A DNA stretch of 64,000 bases from Laetmonice hystrix. Its lineage: Eukaryota. The notes beneath the pieces were generated by a model that saw nothing but the letters and a program-made list of their open reading frames with translations, was not told the origin of the DNA and searched no databases. Shown here one piece after another: positions 14,410 to 27,485 of the stretch; within the stretch, counting starts at the first letter, position 1, and every line of letters starts with the position of its first letter. The stretch spans positions 51,276,001 to 51,340,000 of the forward strand of contig OZ249436.1 in NCBI GenBank assembly GCA_965235115.1, read 5' to 3'. The position numbers and the translations under genes are program-made.

Positions 14410-15830
14410 CATCATGACGTCATTCGTGTTCTGGCTATTGGGGCGATTTTCAAGGTCACTATGGATACTTTTGAGGAACTGATGACACTGTCAGAATTGG
14501 GCAAGAACCTAATTCATAATTTGCAAATATTTTGACCTTTGACCTTTGACATGTCTGAAAGCTGGGTCAAAGGTCAGAAAATGCTTAAATCCCTACTTCT
14601 TTCTCAATTTCCATTAAACTTTTATGAAATTGCAGAAGGATTGTCTCTAACGAGAGCTTCAAAGGAATCCGCTTTGCTATAATTAATTTGACCTATATTC
14701 GCTGAGTCACGTGACCTAAAATTTTGAACAGTGGTCAATATAGATAATATATAACTAAGAAACGGTGCCAGATAGGGCCATAGTTACTATTGAACACTAA
14801 TAGGAAGTCATACATGCTCTTTCAATTGACGCCAAGTTTGATGACGTAGCGTGACGTATGACGTCATATTAACGTCATTGGTATCTTCTATGGCCTATGA
14901 CTCTAAAACGGTGCAAGATAGGGTCATAGTGACCATTCAACACGAATAGGAAGTCATACATGATCTTTTCATTGACACCAAAATTTAGGAGGTAGTGTGA
15001 CGTATAACGTCAAAATGACATCATCAATATTTTTAAGGCCTATAACTCCTAAATGGTATGAGATAAAGCCATGGTTACTATTGAACATGAATAGGAAATC
15101 ATACATGCTCTTTCAATTGACACCAACATATATTATATAGCGTGACGTATGACGTCATAATGACGTCATTGGCAACTTTTATGGTCTATAACTCGAAAAC
15201 GGTGCAAGGTAGGGTCATAAGTAGGCCTACCATTGAACACAAATAGGAAGTCATACAGGCTCTTTCCATTGACACCAAGTTGAAGGATGTAGCGTGACAG
15301 ATGACGTCATAATGACGTCATCAATATTTTCTAAGGCCTATAATTCTAATCTAAGGCCGAAGATTCTCTTTCAATTGACAAGTGCCATGAGAGACCGTGA
15401 CGTATGACGTCATATTGACGTCATTGCCATCGTCTAAGATTTTCCACAGGCCTGTAACTGATAGGCCTAAACGGGGCAAGAAAGGGCCATAGGCCTACTT
15501 AACTATTGAACACGAATAGGAAGAAATATATGCTCTTTGAATTGACTCCAAGTTCCATGGCGTGGTGTGACATATGGCGTCGTAATGACGTCACTGACAT
15601 CTTTCGAGGATTTCCAGAGGCATGTAACTGCTAAACGGTGCTAGATAGACCGATAGTTACTATTGAACACAAATAGGAAGTCATTGACGAAATTGGCATC
15701 TTTTAGGGCTTATAAGTCTTCACGGGTGCTAAATAGCACCATAGTTATCCCTACTCAGAACATGTTGGACGGGACACCCTAGGGGTGGGATCCATTGTGG
15801 TATCGCCACAACGAATCTATATTGTAGTTC
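14410..15830 (+). mobile_element. Non-autonomous Helitron/Helentron-type element with ~145-bp diverged tandem repeats; 5' boundary approximate
   Basis: Monomers AAACGGTGCAAGATAGGG..TATTGAACAC.AATAGGAAGTCAT recur near 14760, 14905, 15050, 15197, 15469, 15633. 3' end GGGGTGGGATCCA plus hairpin TTGTGG-TATCG-CCACAA. Same family inverted at 60447-62395. Confidence 0.65.
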
Positions 15831-16391
15831 CAATCGTACAAAACGTGAGGTAAGAGTGCCATCGGGGGGTGGCGATTTAGGAGAAAACAGTACAATGTTG
15901 GGGGGGGGGGGACGTAAGGTGGGGGGGGGGGGGGGGTCAATAGATCTAGATAGGGGGCCAAAGTGGGTGTTGTCAAATATTAAAGCCATTCCCGAGTGGA
16001 CGCCTACCAAACTGAAGCAAAAGAAGAAAAAAAAAATAGCAGAATTTTATACGATGCGCGCCCGCTAGCCTGTAACCCAATGGAGTAGCAATGGGAGTTT
16101 GACTGAACGGGGTGCCCGTACTCGTACAGTGCAGGCACGGCGGAAGCAATTTCAGATGGGGGGACGCTCATGGGCGGATTGGGGGGGGGGGGACCTAAGG
16201 GGGCTCCAGCCCCCCTAAATTTTGGACGATGTTATTTTTATCATCCAACTATGATCATATTTATCATAATATTGCCGAATAATATGTTTTTGCCCGATGG
16301 TTAGCCCCCATCTGGATTACCCCCTCCCCTAAAAAGATTCCTGGATCCGACTATCACAGCACTTCAGGCGAGAGACAGGAAGCTCCGTGGA

Positions 16392-19300
16392 TTTTTAGCC
16401 CCCACAACGGGGGGCTTATAATTCGACCTCCGTCCGTACGTACGTACGTACGTCCGTCCGTCCGTCCGTCCGTATGTCCGTAGACAGCGATTTCTCATAA
16501 GTGTATGGGTCGATTTCTTTGAAACTTCACACAAGGATCAGGGATGAACTGAGGATGATGCACGTCAAACAGATTTTTGATATCGTTCAAAATGGCCGCT
16601 TGGCGGCCATCTTGGATGTAAACACATTTTGAGCAATAACTCAGCCAAAACAATCACGATTTCTTTCAAACGTGGTGCAGGGATGAGGCAAAATGAGGGC
16701 CAATATGCATCACAATAAAATTTCAATTCAGATCCAAAATGGCGACATGGCGGCCATATTTGTTTCTTGACCCCCACAATGACACTGTTTTGGCTTATAT
16801 CTCGAAAACGGTGCAAGATGACGCAAAAGTTACTATTATTGATAGATAGGGAGTCATATATGACGTTTCATTTGGCGCCATTTTCGATGACCTTGAGCGA
16901 CCTTGAAAGGTCAATCAAGGTCATGCATATTTTCAATAGCCTGGATCTTCAAAACAGTTAAAGATATCGACATAATCTTGGAAGAAACATTACATAATGA
17001 TCCGGGACAGTCCACAGATGAGGCAGGTCAAAGATATTTTTGACATCAGTCAAAATGGCGGCGTGGTGGCCATCTTGGATGTAAACACATTTGGAGTAAT
17101 AACTCAGACAAAACGATCCCGATTTCTTTCAAATTTGGTGGAAAGAAGGTGTATATGAGGGGCAATGTATGTGCCAATGTATTGCCAGATCAGAGCAAAA
17201 ATGGCGACATGGCGGCCATATTAATATTTTACCCCCCCCATAACACTGTTTTGGCTCATATCTTTAAAACGGTGCAAGATAAGGCAATAGTTATTATTAT
17301 TGATAGATAGGAAGTCCTATATGAAGTTTCATTTGGCGTCATTTTCCATGACCTTGAGCGACCTTGAAAGGTCAATCAAGGTCATGCATATTTTAATGGC
17401 CTGTACCTCCAAACCAGTTGAAAATAACATCTAATCTTGCATGAAACATTACATAATAACCAGGGACAGTCTAAGGAGGACACAGGTCAAATATATCATT
17501 AAAAATGGCTGCTTGGTGGCCATCTTGGATGTAAACACATTTTGAGCAATAACTCAGCCAAAACAATCACGATTTCTTTCAAACATGGTGCAGGGATGAG
17601 GCATAATGAGGGCCAATATGCATCACAATAAAATTTCAATTCAGATCCAAAATGGCGACATGGCGGCCATATTTGTTTCTTGACCCCCACAATGACACTG
17701 TTTTGGCTTATATCTCGAAAACGGTGCAAGATGACGCAATAGTTACTATTATTGATAGATAGGAAGTCATATATGACGTTTCATTTGGCGCCATTTTCGA
17801 TGACCTTGAGCGACCTTGAAAGGTCAATCAAGGTCATGCATATTTTCAATAGCCTGGATCTTCAAAACAGTTAAAGATAACGACATAATCTTGCAAGAAA
17901 CATTACATAATGATCCGGGACAGTCCACAGATGAGGCAGGTCAAAGATATTTTTGACATCAGTCAAAATGGCCGCATGGTGGCCATCTTGGATGTAAACC
18001 ATTTGGAGTAATAACTCAGACAAAACGATCCCGATTTCTTTCAAATTTGGTGGAAAGAAGGTGTATGTGAGGGGCAATGTATATGCCAATGTATTGCCAG
18101 ATCAGAGCAAATATGGCGACATGGCGGCCATATTAATATTTTACCCCCCATAACACTGTTTTGGCTCATATCTTTAAAACGGTGCAAGATAAGGCAATAG
18201 TTATTATTATTGATAGATAGGAAGTCCTATATGAAGTTTCATTTGGCGTCATTTTCCATGACCTTGAGCGACCTTGAAAGGTCAATCAAGGTCATGCATA
18301 TTTTAATGGCCTGTACCTCCAAACCAGTTGAAAATAACATCTAATCTTGCATGAAACATTACATAATAACCAGGGACAGTCTAAGGAGGACACAGGTCAA
18401 ATATATCATTAAAAATGGCTGCTTGGTGGCCATCTTGGATGTAAACACATTTTGAGCAATAACTCAGCCAAAACAATCACGATTTCTTTCAAACATGGTG
18501 CAGGGATGAGGCATAATGAGGGCCAATATGCATCACAATAAAATTTCAATTCAGATCCAAAATGGCGACATGGCGGCCATATTTGTTTCTTGACCCCCAC
18601 AATGACACTGTTTTGGCTTATATCTCGAAAACGGTGCAAGATGACGCAATAGTTACTATTATTGATAGATAGGAAGTCATATATGACGTTTCATTTGGCG
18701 CCATTTTCGATGACCTTGAGCGACCTTGAAAGGTCAATCAAGGTCATGCATATTTTCAATAGCCTGGATCTTCAAAACAGTTAAAGATAACGACATAATC
18801 TTGCAAGAAACATTACATAATGATCCGGGACAGTCCACAGATGAGGCAGGTCAAAGATATTTTTGACATCAGTCAAAATGGCCGCATGGTGGCCATCTTG
18901 GATGTAAACCATTTGGAGTAATAACTCAGACAAAACGATCCCGATTTCTTTCAAATTTGGTGGAAAGAAGGTGTATATGAGGGGCAATGTATATGCCAAT
19001 GTATTGCCAGATCAGAGCAAATATGGCGACATGGCGGCCATATTAATATTTTACCCCCCATAACACTGTTTTGGCTCATATCTTTAAAACGGTGCAAGAT
19101 AAGGCAATAGTTATTATTATTGATAGATAGGAAGTCCTATATGAAGTTTCATTTGGCGTCATTTTCCATGACCTTGAGCGACTTTGAAAGGTCAATCAAG
19201 GTCATGCATATTTTAATGGCCTGTACCTCCAAACCAGTTGAAAATAACATCTAATCTTGCATGAAACATTACATAATAACCAGGGACAGTCTAAGGAGGA

Positions 19301-19783
19301 CACAGGTCAAATATATCATTAAAAATGGCTGCTTGGTGGCCATCTTGGATTTAAAGAAATTCGAAGCAATAACGCTGACATTTTCTGGATTTCGTTCTTG
19401 CTGACAGAATGCATGAGGGGCAACAAGCATGCCAAAAGTACGCATAGTTCCTGGACCCACAGATAATTTGTCCCTACTCAGGGACTATCAAACTGTACAT
19501 AACTGACCTCTAAAGGTCAATCGAGGTCAAGCATATCTACAAAACACTTGACGTCGGATAACACTATCAAACTGTACATAACTGCATAGTTATTGCAGAC
19601 ACATGCATCTTTACGCCGGATAACGCTATCAAGCTGTACATAACTGCATAGAACTTAACTAAGTTTATGAAGTTTCATTTGACAATATTTTCTTTGCCCT
19701 TCAAAGATCAATTGAAGTCGTGCATCGTTTTTTCAAGAATCCATAGTTCGTGGTGGGGGCTATAAGCTTCACAAGCTTGTTTT
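16392..19783 (+). mobile_element. Helentron-associated non-autonomous element (HINE/DINE-1/pearl type) with internal satellite array
   Basis: 5' TTTTT, subTIR TAGCCCCCAC with short inverted copy GGGGGCT, then (GTAC/GTCC)n at 16430-16480, central tandem array, 3' subTIR GTGGGGGCTA (19753-19762), stem-loop AAGCTT-cac-AAGCTT (19764-19778), T-run. T-rich insertion site, no TSD. Confidence 0.85.
16589..19350 (+). repeat. Higher-order tandem array (AB)3, ~910-bp period; A ~463 bp and B ~450 bp
   Basis: Identical or near-identical ORFs recur at 17499/18409 and 17871/18781 (offset 910). A and B are mutually homologous. Confidence 0.95.
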
Positions 19784-20619
19784 ATCTGAAATTATTGGGG
19801 GGGGGGGGGGAGGGGGTAGGCACCCAGCCTCCCTGCTCCGAGTAGACTACTCGTTCAGTCGTATAGGTCGATCTAGCACAGCGAAATCTGTCTATGTCTG
19901 CTTTGTAGAAGAGGTCTATGAAGAATGAAATAATGTGAAATGGGCACGTAGGCCAATATCTAATATAACTGCCTTACAATTAGTCGCTTGGAAGTTGCCG
20001 TTACTGGCGTTATGCAGTGGATCGACCAGTAAGTATTTAGTAAAAGTTTCCAAGTCACTTGACCAGGTCAATTAAAGTCAGCGATGTTTAGAATTTTAGA
20101 GCACTGGCTAGGTACATATAACAAGCAAATGACGTCACACGGGATTTCGATTAGTGTATTCCCTTCTGTCACTTCCTAAGACAGCCGCCAGCCGGCGTAC
20201 ATTAATGGAGGTCTTGTCTGTGACCTAGCTGTAACCTTGAGAGACTGACCTTGGCCTAACCTTAAAAACTTCACAAACTTGCAATTTAAAGCTGAGGTAG
20301 AAAAGAAATCCATGGGCCAAGACAAGTAAAAGTTTCCAAGTCACTTGACCATGCAGGGCAAGTCAGCGACGTTTAGAATTTTTAGAACCCGGGCTAGGCT
20401 ACTGGAAATACTTCTTATGGAAATACTTCTTACTTATTATCCGTGAATTTTAAACACAGGCGGTATTTTTTACGAGTTTAGAGGTGACGCTTAAAAATAC
20501 TAGTAATTAAACGTCATTTCCTTTCTTCGGGGTTGGGTCCTCTAGCTCAATATCAGGGTCGGGGTCGGGTCCACTTGGGTCGGGATCGGGGTCGGGTCGG
20601 GTCGGGTCGGGTCGGGTCC

Positions 20620-20776
20620 ACTGTTACATCGAGAAGTTCGCGACAGAACTTCAGTCGGGAATTGCTTCCCTGGTCAGTCATCTTCACAGTCTTTTTCTTC
20701 TAAATTGAAGCAAAACAACTCCCGATACCGCCAAAGCAACGCCAAGGAACGCCAACGTCTTCGTCTGATCAACCAT
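20620..20776 (-). pseudogene. Possible relic of a Harbinger-type transposase N-terminus
   Basis: aacATGG start, MVDQTKTLAFLGVALAVSGVVLLQFRRKRL*R*L (stops could be mutated Trp codons), then frameshifted QGSNSRLKFCRELL. Resembles the hydrophobic-RRxRxWxxxW..G..L..EL start of Harbinger transposases and reads inward from the right TIR. Confidence 0.35.
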
Positions 20777-22865
20777 GTTGCTCAGATGAACATCTAGTCT
20801 ATGTGCCAATCTTTGAAGAGAGCTAGTTAGCTTTGCGCAACATATTCGTTTTAACGCGCGCGAACTAAACGCCTCTGTCTGGGCAGGTAAAACGCGTGCG
20901 TCAAGCTCGCGTGCGTCAGCCACGCGTCAAGGATTTGAGACGCACGCACGCACGCATCCTGTGTGTGGCCTACTTAATGAATATAATATATGTCTATACT
21001 GTATCACCAGTAGGGCGTGGCAAGTTGTCTGGGGACAGTCTCTGGTCTAATGTCTACACTCAAACCTGGCCCACCGATCTGGTGACCGCGCGTGAGTGGA
21101 TTGTATTTATTTATTGTGGCCTGATCCTGGCCACCTGGCGGACTGTCCATCTGTCACCGAAAACAGCATGTCCTCCGATCGAACAACTATGCCAAATATT
21201 GGGCCTAGCGTATTGTTCGGACCGAGCCCCTTCTCCTTACACGTTCTCGGTGGATGCAGGCTAAACGTCACCGTGTGTACGATATCACCAGTTGTATTTC
21301 ACGGCCGAGCGGAATGCACGCAATGTTGGTGGAAATGATCGATGTCACTGACAGGAGGACCTCAGCATGTATCACCTAAGAGGCCCAATGCGTTGTATAC
21401 CGAGAAGTTTACAAATGCGGCGGCACAAACGTAGGCCTGCTCATGATTTGCCAGGAAAATTTGCATAATAACTCCGTCAACTGCAGGCAATATGTAATAG
21501 TATACGAATTTTTATTTTGTTCGAAATTTCCTCAAAATCAAAAAAAAAAATATATAAAAAAAAAATCATGGTAAATGATATTTATCTCAGCTAAAATTAT
21601 TATAGGTCCACTTCAGATCATAAGAGGACAAAAAAGATTTATATATAGGTCTTTGAGATTGCTGTGAACAGTATTACAATATGGGCCCAAACTAGATAAT
21701 TGGTCTGAAAAAGTTTGCCTTGTTGCGCTATTACAGAATGATACTATCTAAGTATATCAGGATATGCTTCAAAGTGCAGAGCCGTATACTTAGAAGCCAG
21801 CCCACAAACTCAGAGGAGTCACCCGAGGCCGAGGCCTGGCTAAAGCGTTGTATCGTCACGTCCCCAGGCCGCCTCGTGCATGGCCACTCAGCTGCTTATG
21901 TGTGGCCCAGAATCAAAGGAGGCGGCTGCTTCCCCTGCCTCAGCCTGGCTACGGCTCTCTGAAGTGCCAAACTAACATCCAGGAAGGATCCATCGTTATA
22001 TATGTAAAAGGTTTTGGTAATAAAAGAAATCACATAAAAGAAATGGCAAGCTATAGGCCTTTTCCTTTTCACACGGGCGACCGGGGCCCTGGGCGATAAG
22101 CATTCGCACTGGTCTGTAGGTCTATCTCGAATCGCTCAATCTCACCGGAAGACAATGACTCTGTTACCGCCTTACAGCGTTGTTCGGCTCAGAATTAGCT
22201 TAGGGAAGAACTAGGCCTACCTTAGGTGCTGGGACAGGGCAAAGGTCTCAGGTTCATAAATCAGTACACATTGGGTAGAACTAAACTATTGAAATATAAG
22301 TCGGAGAAAAAAAATACTTCAAATAGGTGGGCGACGGCATGAGAAACATCGACATCCTTGATGGTGTTGTTGGCAGACAGCAACGTATTCAGACAGAGAC
22401 TGAAGCTGTCCTCGGTGACCATTGACTTCAGAGTCCGTCCCGCCAGCGAATTCAACAGCGGGCGGGGGAGGGGGCCCCACCCCTGGACTGACCGCGGGGG
22501 GGGGGGGCTCCTTGGCCGGGACTGACCGGGTGGGGGGGGGGGGGCGGTACTGATCGCTGGGGGCCGAACAGTAAACTGGATCTATCCAGAAACAAAAAGT
22601 CTACTGCCTAGATTGTTAACGGATACAACGGGCCATTTCCCAGAATCTTGCACAAGTTTGAAAGTTCTCTTGTCCTTGCGGACCAAAAGAGCTAAAGGTC
22701 TGAATGAACAGGGAATAGTATCGGATACATATCTAATTTCGTTGTAATATATTCCAGTAAGTCATAAAAAGTATTATATCGATAATAGAACTGGAAATTC
22801 AATAGCATAAAAGGCTTCAGCGATGTTGAATACAAAATAAAATCATTTTGGATTTTATGATATGT

Positions 22866-22871
22866 TTTATT
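22866..22871 (-). terminator. Candidate fascin poly(A) signal, implying a ~2.1-kb 3'UTR
   Basis: AATAAA on - strand in an AT-rich tract downstream of the fascin stop; other sites possible. Confidence 0.3.
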
Positions 22872-24973
22872 ATCATATGAAACGCTTTCCTTTTTTCCGA
22901 GAATACAAAATATTTGTTGACAAATGTTCATCATTGAACATCGCCATGTATGAATATAACGATATATCATAGAGCTTCACAAAAGAAACTGAAGAGAATA
23001 TAAAGTCGTGCATGCCAATTATTACTGGCCTTGAATGCCGATGATCTCTTTTCGAAGATTACATACAAAATAATAACATTACACTCACACATTGTCAGTA
23101 ACCACCAATACGGATTGTACGATAGAAGCCGGCTTGGACCATGCTGGAACGGGTCTTGGCATATCTATATCTACGGGCTTCCAGTTGTTTAATTTTACTA
23201 TCTATGTCCTTCTGAATTCCAAACTCGCACTTAAAGACCAGGTTCCATTATTCAGCGCCTCTCATTCCCAAAGTTTCTAACGACAACATTTCCAGGCTGA
23301 GTTGCTAGCACAAAGAAATCCAGAAGGAGCACTAGGTCTCTTTCAGCTACTGTAGACTTAGTCCCACTATAGCTTCACTTATAGCTTCACTTAAAGAATA
23401 TCTATCTACTGTCCTGGTACTGCTCGTACTGAATGTGGTTATTACCATCAATTGTCATGATATTCCCCAGAATCATCACTGGCAAAGTCACATCATCCTG
23501 TTGTTAGTTACAGGTAGCCTGAAACACCAGGTGAAAAAATGATTTGTTTTTATAGTACACAAATATACATCCATGCCCAAATTGCACCAATATATATACG
23601 ACACTTGGACCTTGACATGAGAACACAGCATCGTGCGATTGTACGCGACCACCGACAAGTCACCGATAAGAAAAGTACTCCGTGTTTACAGTCACAAGTA
23701 AATATTCTCATTCAACAATGAGTTGAAACCTTTATACACAAATACAACCCCAACTTGAAGCACCCCAAGTCAACAACGTCCACTTGCATTTCGCCATATC
23801 ACATTATGTCATGCTAGTCGCAGCCCAAGTACCGGCACGCACAGACCTGCTACTATTGCCTACTTTCCTTGTTGTGGGGGAACTTCTTTCCTCTCAATCA
23901 CCACACCGGAAGTCCAATTTAATTTTCCACAAAAACGGGATAACTTGTCCCCCCTTCTCCGCGTAACTTTAATAGCGTTTTTCATGTTTAGGGGGCATAT
24001 TTCCAGCAGGAACGGCATCTAACGATCCCAACCCAACTAAAAGCGGAACCTTCACTGTTACTTGTAAATAGACAGCTGAATGCACACCTTATCGAAGCCT
24101 TTTAATTACTTATTTCACTGGCAGACTCGCTATTGAAGCAGCGCATGGATGATGCTAAAAACGGCAGGAAGTAACGAGCAGCGGGAAAAACTGACGGGCG
24201 AAACACAAGATGTGTAAACTATTTGCTGACCAAGCCTGCAGCAGCCTTCACTTAAACCAAGAATGCAAGCGTAGAATGGCATTTATAATCCGGTGGTTCG
24301 GTCACGGCTGGGTGTCCTGTCATTTCATTCTGTCCCTTTAACCATGTCTGCCGACTCATACACACAGTCTAAACAGTTTCCTCAGAGTCGTACTTCTTCA
24401 TACTACCAGTAACAACGTACCAACACTTGACGCATCCTGACACAAGCTAATCCCCAATATGTGTACAAACATGTGTTTGTATTCAATCACTCGATGAGAC
24501 ATTGACCTTCCTTTTTCTTCGCAGTTCCTTATCATTATCCCATTATCCCACTTTCCACCCTAAATCTTCAATATACAGGGATCAACTGGCAAGCTTCATC
24601 GGGTTCTCCATTATAATTAGGACCTTGGCAGACTAAATAGCCTCGAGTACGTGAGCAGAGACGTCAGATGCGTAAAGACTGCGCCAACCTCGGGCATCAG
24701 AAAGATCTCCGTAGCTGTTTCCATGTTGACAATTCACACAATATGTTATCATCATCATCATCATCATCATTATGATTATTTTCTCTATCATACAGAGTCC
24801 ATGGCCTTTTGAGCGTAGCATGCTCCCTATACAATAATGTACGTTTCTGGCTCGAAAATGTGTTTTTTGAGTAGTTATTCACGCTTGCCATAATGTATAA
24901 TACATCCTTTAACTGCTGGCAGCAGTGGCCCAGTGTTTTCCTGCTTATGGAATGTCTTTTGGAGAGTGTTCCT

Positions 24974-25176
24974 TTAATACTCCCAGTAAGTGGCCTTTTC
25001 CAGGTCTACATTCGCCCTCACTGTACCGTTTTGTTCGCCCTTTAGGTATCTTCCATTGCCGACTCGAATGGTAAATCTGGACTGTTTCCTCATCTCTAGG
25101 AAGAATGGTGTCGGGTCGGAACCGTCCGCGTTGATGTGCCCATCGCCATCAACCTTCCAGTATTTGCCATTTTGAC
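24974..25176 (-). CDS. FSCN: Fascin exon 4 (terminal)
   Basis: tttttacag| phase 1, (G)QNGKYWKVDGDGHINADG..FFLE..GRYLKGEQNG..ATYWEY*; typical fascin WEY C-terminus. Confidence 0.95.
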
Positions 25177-25310
25177 CTGTAAAAATAATTCGACTTAGAA
25201 ATACGATCTATAACTGCGATCGATTAAACTAAAATATTAGAGGCTTTCAAGAGGGTGAAAGTGGCCAATCTCCTTTCGAACTTGATGTAAGAGAACTAAG
25301 AGATCCTCAC

Positions 25311-25615
25311 CTTTCAGATAGTAGACACCTTGCTCCGTCGTCTCGAGGATTATGCTGTCAGATATAGACTTGTTGCACTCAATCCGCGGGTTGCTGGGTG
25401 TTTTGAAGCCGATGAAGCCGTAGTCACAGCGCAGAATGAGCACTGGTCTGTTGATGATAGTCACGTAGAACTTCTCGTTGTCTGAGATTTGGTTCTGGGA
25501 GGCAGACAGACTTCCGTTCAGTTTGGCTGTGATGTACCGGTCATTGTCGGCCGTTATAGCGATGTGACCATCATCTAGCCACTCAAACGTGAACAGTCCT
25601 GTCCTTTTCTTTGAC
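25311..25615 (-). CDS. FSCN: Fascin exon 3
   Basis: ttgtag| ... |gtgagg, 305 nt, phase 2 to 1; RYITAKLNGSL, INRPVLILRCDYGFIG, GVYYLK fascin motifs. Confidence 0.95.
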
Positions 25616-27177
25616 CTACAATTCAAACCAAACCGTAGTCATTAGTCACATATCAGGTATATTAGACGTAATGGTTTTTGAAGACTGAAAATTATTGAAT
25701 AATTCATTAGGTTCATAATGGACCCCCTCTCCCAACTCTATAGTTGTAATTCATGAATTCACTTATTTTCTCAAGAGAAATGAATAGAGATTAGCAGCGA
25801 AATAAGAGCTGGTCCAAAACGAGCACATCAGCTGATTATCATCGGACGAAGAGGAAAACTGGCTTAACGATAATTGTTAGGGAACCTTCGCTTATGCAAA
25901 CTACTTTTTTTTATTCGCTTCTTCTGTCTTTACCATATTACCTATAGTCTCAAGCTAGACCACCGTTTTTTTAAGTGGTAAACTTTGAAATTGAATTATT
26001 CTGATGGCTAAAACCCCAACATTCTGTCTGCGTGTTGCATTGGTTTCTGCCATGCCTTTCGCCGACACGGATCTGCAAGTTTCACATTCCCGTTTCCCAA
26101 ACATGACCATGCTTCACAAGCTATGGTGTACTTTCACTCGGGTGTAACTGTGTATAGGGTCACTGAGATGCAGGTATCCACAACATCAGGGCAAGGTCTT
26201 ACCAACCATAAACACGACCTGCAGGGCGGGGGAGGGGGTAAGGGGAGAGAGTTGGTTGTAACCAGTGTTGTGCCGACCCTGGATCCATTTACTGGCTCAC
26301 TTATAATACATTCACAGCTCGTCATTACATGAGTCGGGGGAAGGCTAGGTCTCGTGCCGACAGTGGACCCCTTGCATGCCTGGTGTCACGTCTGTGTTTA
26401 CCAAACAAGATGTTGTAGTACCCACTGAGAGGGTAGGCTAGAAGGGGGCCAGGTTGGGATGTCCTGGGGTCTTCATTTCACTGGCAGGGTCCATATGGTA
26501 TTACACCCTTGGGGCTTGATCTGATCTGATCAGGACAATTTGGGGATTGGACGGCACGTTCCGAGTTAAAACCGTTTACCAGTCAGGTATTTGAAAGGGG
26601 GCAATTAGTTGACCATATTGCTTATAATGTACATGTACGGAAAAAAATATCTTTTCTTTAAAAATTGCTGAGTGGTCATGCTGATCTGTAACCCCACTAT
26701 GAACAGTTGTCTCTACGTACCCTCGGTCATCAAACGACCTCATCCTGATACCACTGCATTCATCGGGTCTAGTTTCCACAAAAACAGCAACTACGACATC
26801 AGCACCTCAACACTTTAGGAGGCCAACTATCTTGAACATCTAAAACCTTACGACTTATCCCTAGGTCGATTATTCAAAGGAGGTCAATCTCTATTCATTA
26901 AGACTAGTATGAGCTATATTGTAACTTAGTGTTAAGATAAGGACATCTTTTGCCCAATATTTTGAATCTAGAACATGTTATATAGGAAACTTTCCTATAC
27001 TTTTAGATCAAAACAGCAGCTGTGATACAATATCCGACCGCACAATAACTAGCTTCCCGTAACGTGAAGTCCACCGTAAGAATAAGGGAAATCCCATGAC
27101 CTTCCCTACTGCTTGGTGCTAAATGTTCTCTTCCTGACAGTAGTCAGCATACTGTTAGTAGCGGTTGCAGGCTACTG

Positions 27178-27485
27178 GTCCTGATTTTCAAAAACTTAAG
27201 TTCTTGCTTAAATTTAAGACCCCTAATTGGTTGGCCTGCAGCAACCAGCCAATCAGAAGCGTTAGACTTAAGCTCCAGTAAGATCTAAGTTTTGAAACAC
27301 CAGGCCCAGGCCCTGGTTTTTAGTTTGCAAACTCAGTCTTAAGATTCAAATCTTAAGACTGAACTCTTGTTTTGGAGCTTCTGATTGGTCCTTCAAATGA
27401 AGTCAGCCAATCAGAGACAATAACACAAGTCAGTCTTAAAATTTCAGTCTTAAGATTGGTTAAATGACGAACTAAAAACCGGGCC
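27178..27485. mobile_element. Two abutting palindromic Tourist/Harbinger-like MITEs (27178-27306 and 27310-27485)
   Basis: TIR pairs GTCCTGATTTTCAAAA/TTTTGAAACACCAGGCC and GCCCTGGTTTTTAGTT/AACTAAAAACCGGGCC, delimited by CTG, CAG and CTG trinucleotides; internal ATTGG..CCAAT symmetry. Confidence 0.6.

Larger units (their letters stand above)
14069..20973. mobile_element. Decayed TIR transposon shell (PIF/Harbinger-like) expanded by nested insertions
   Basis: Left TTAA|GCCGGGGACACACAGGGGCGTGCGTGCGTGCGTGCGTC; reverse complement of right end TTAA|GTAGGCCACACACAGGATGCGTGCGTGCGTGCGTC. GACGC/GCGT-rich subterminal repeats at both ends. Confidence 0.75.

Noticed and set aside
14449..14520. FKVTMDTFEELMTL resembling a Harbinger transposase motif
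   Set aside because: Opposite strand to the putative N-terminal relic, very short, and within Helitron-family sequence; probably chance
16565..19460. Repeated 60-80 aa ORFs in the 910-bp array
   Set aside because: No recognisable domain; recurrence is explained by the DNA repeat
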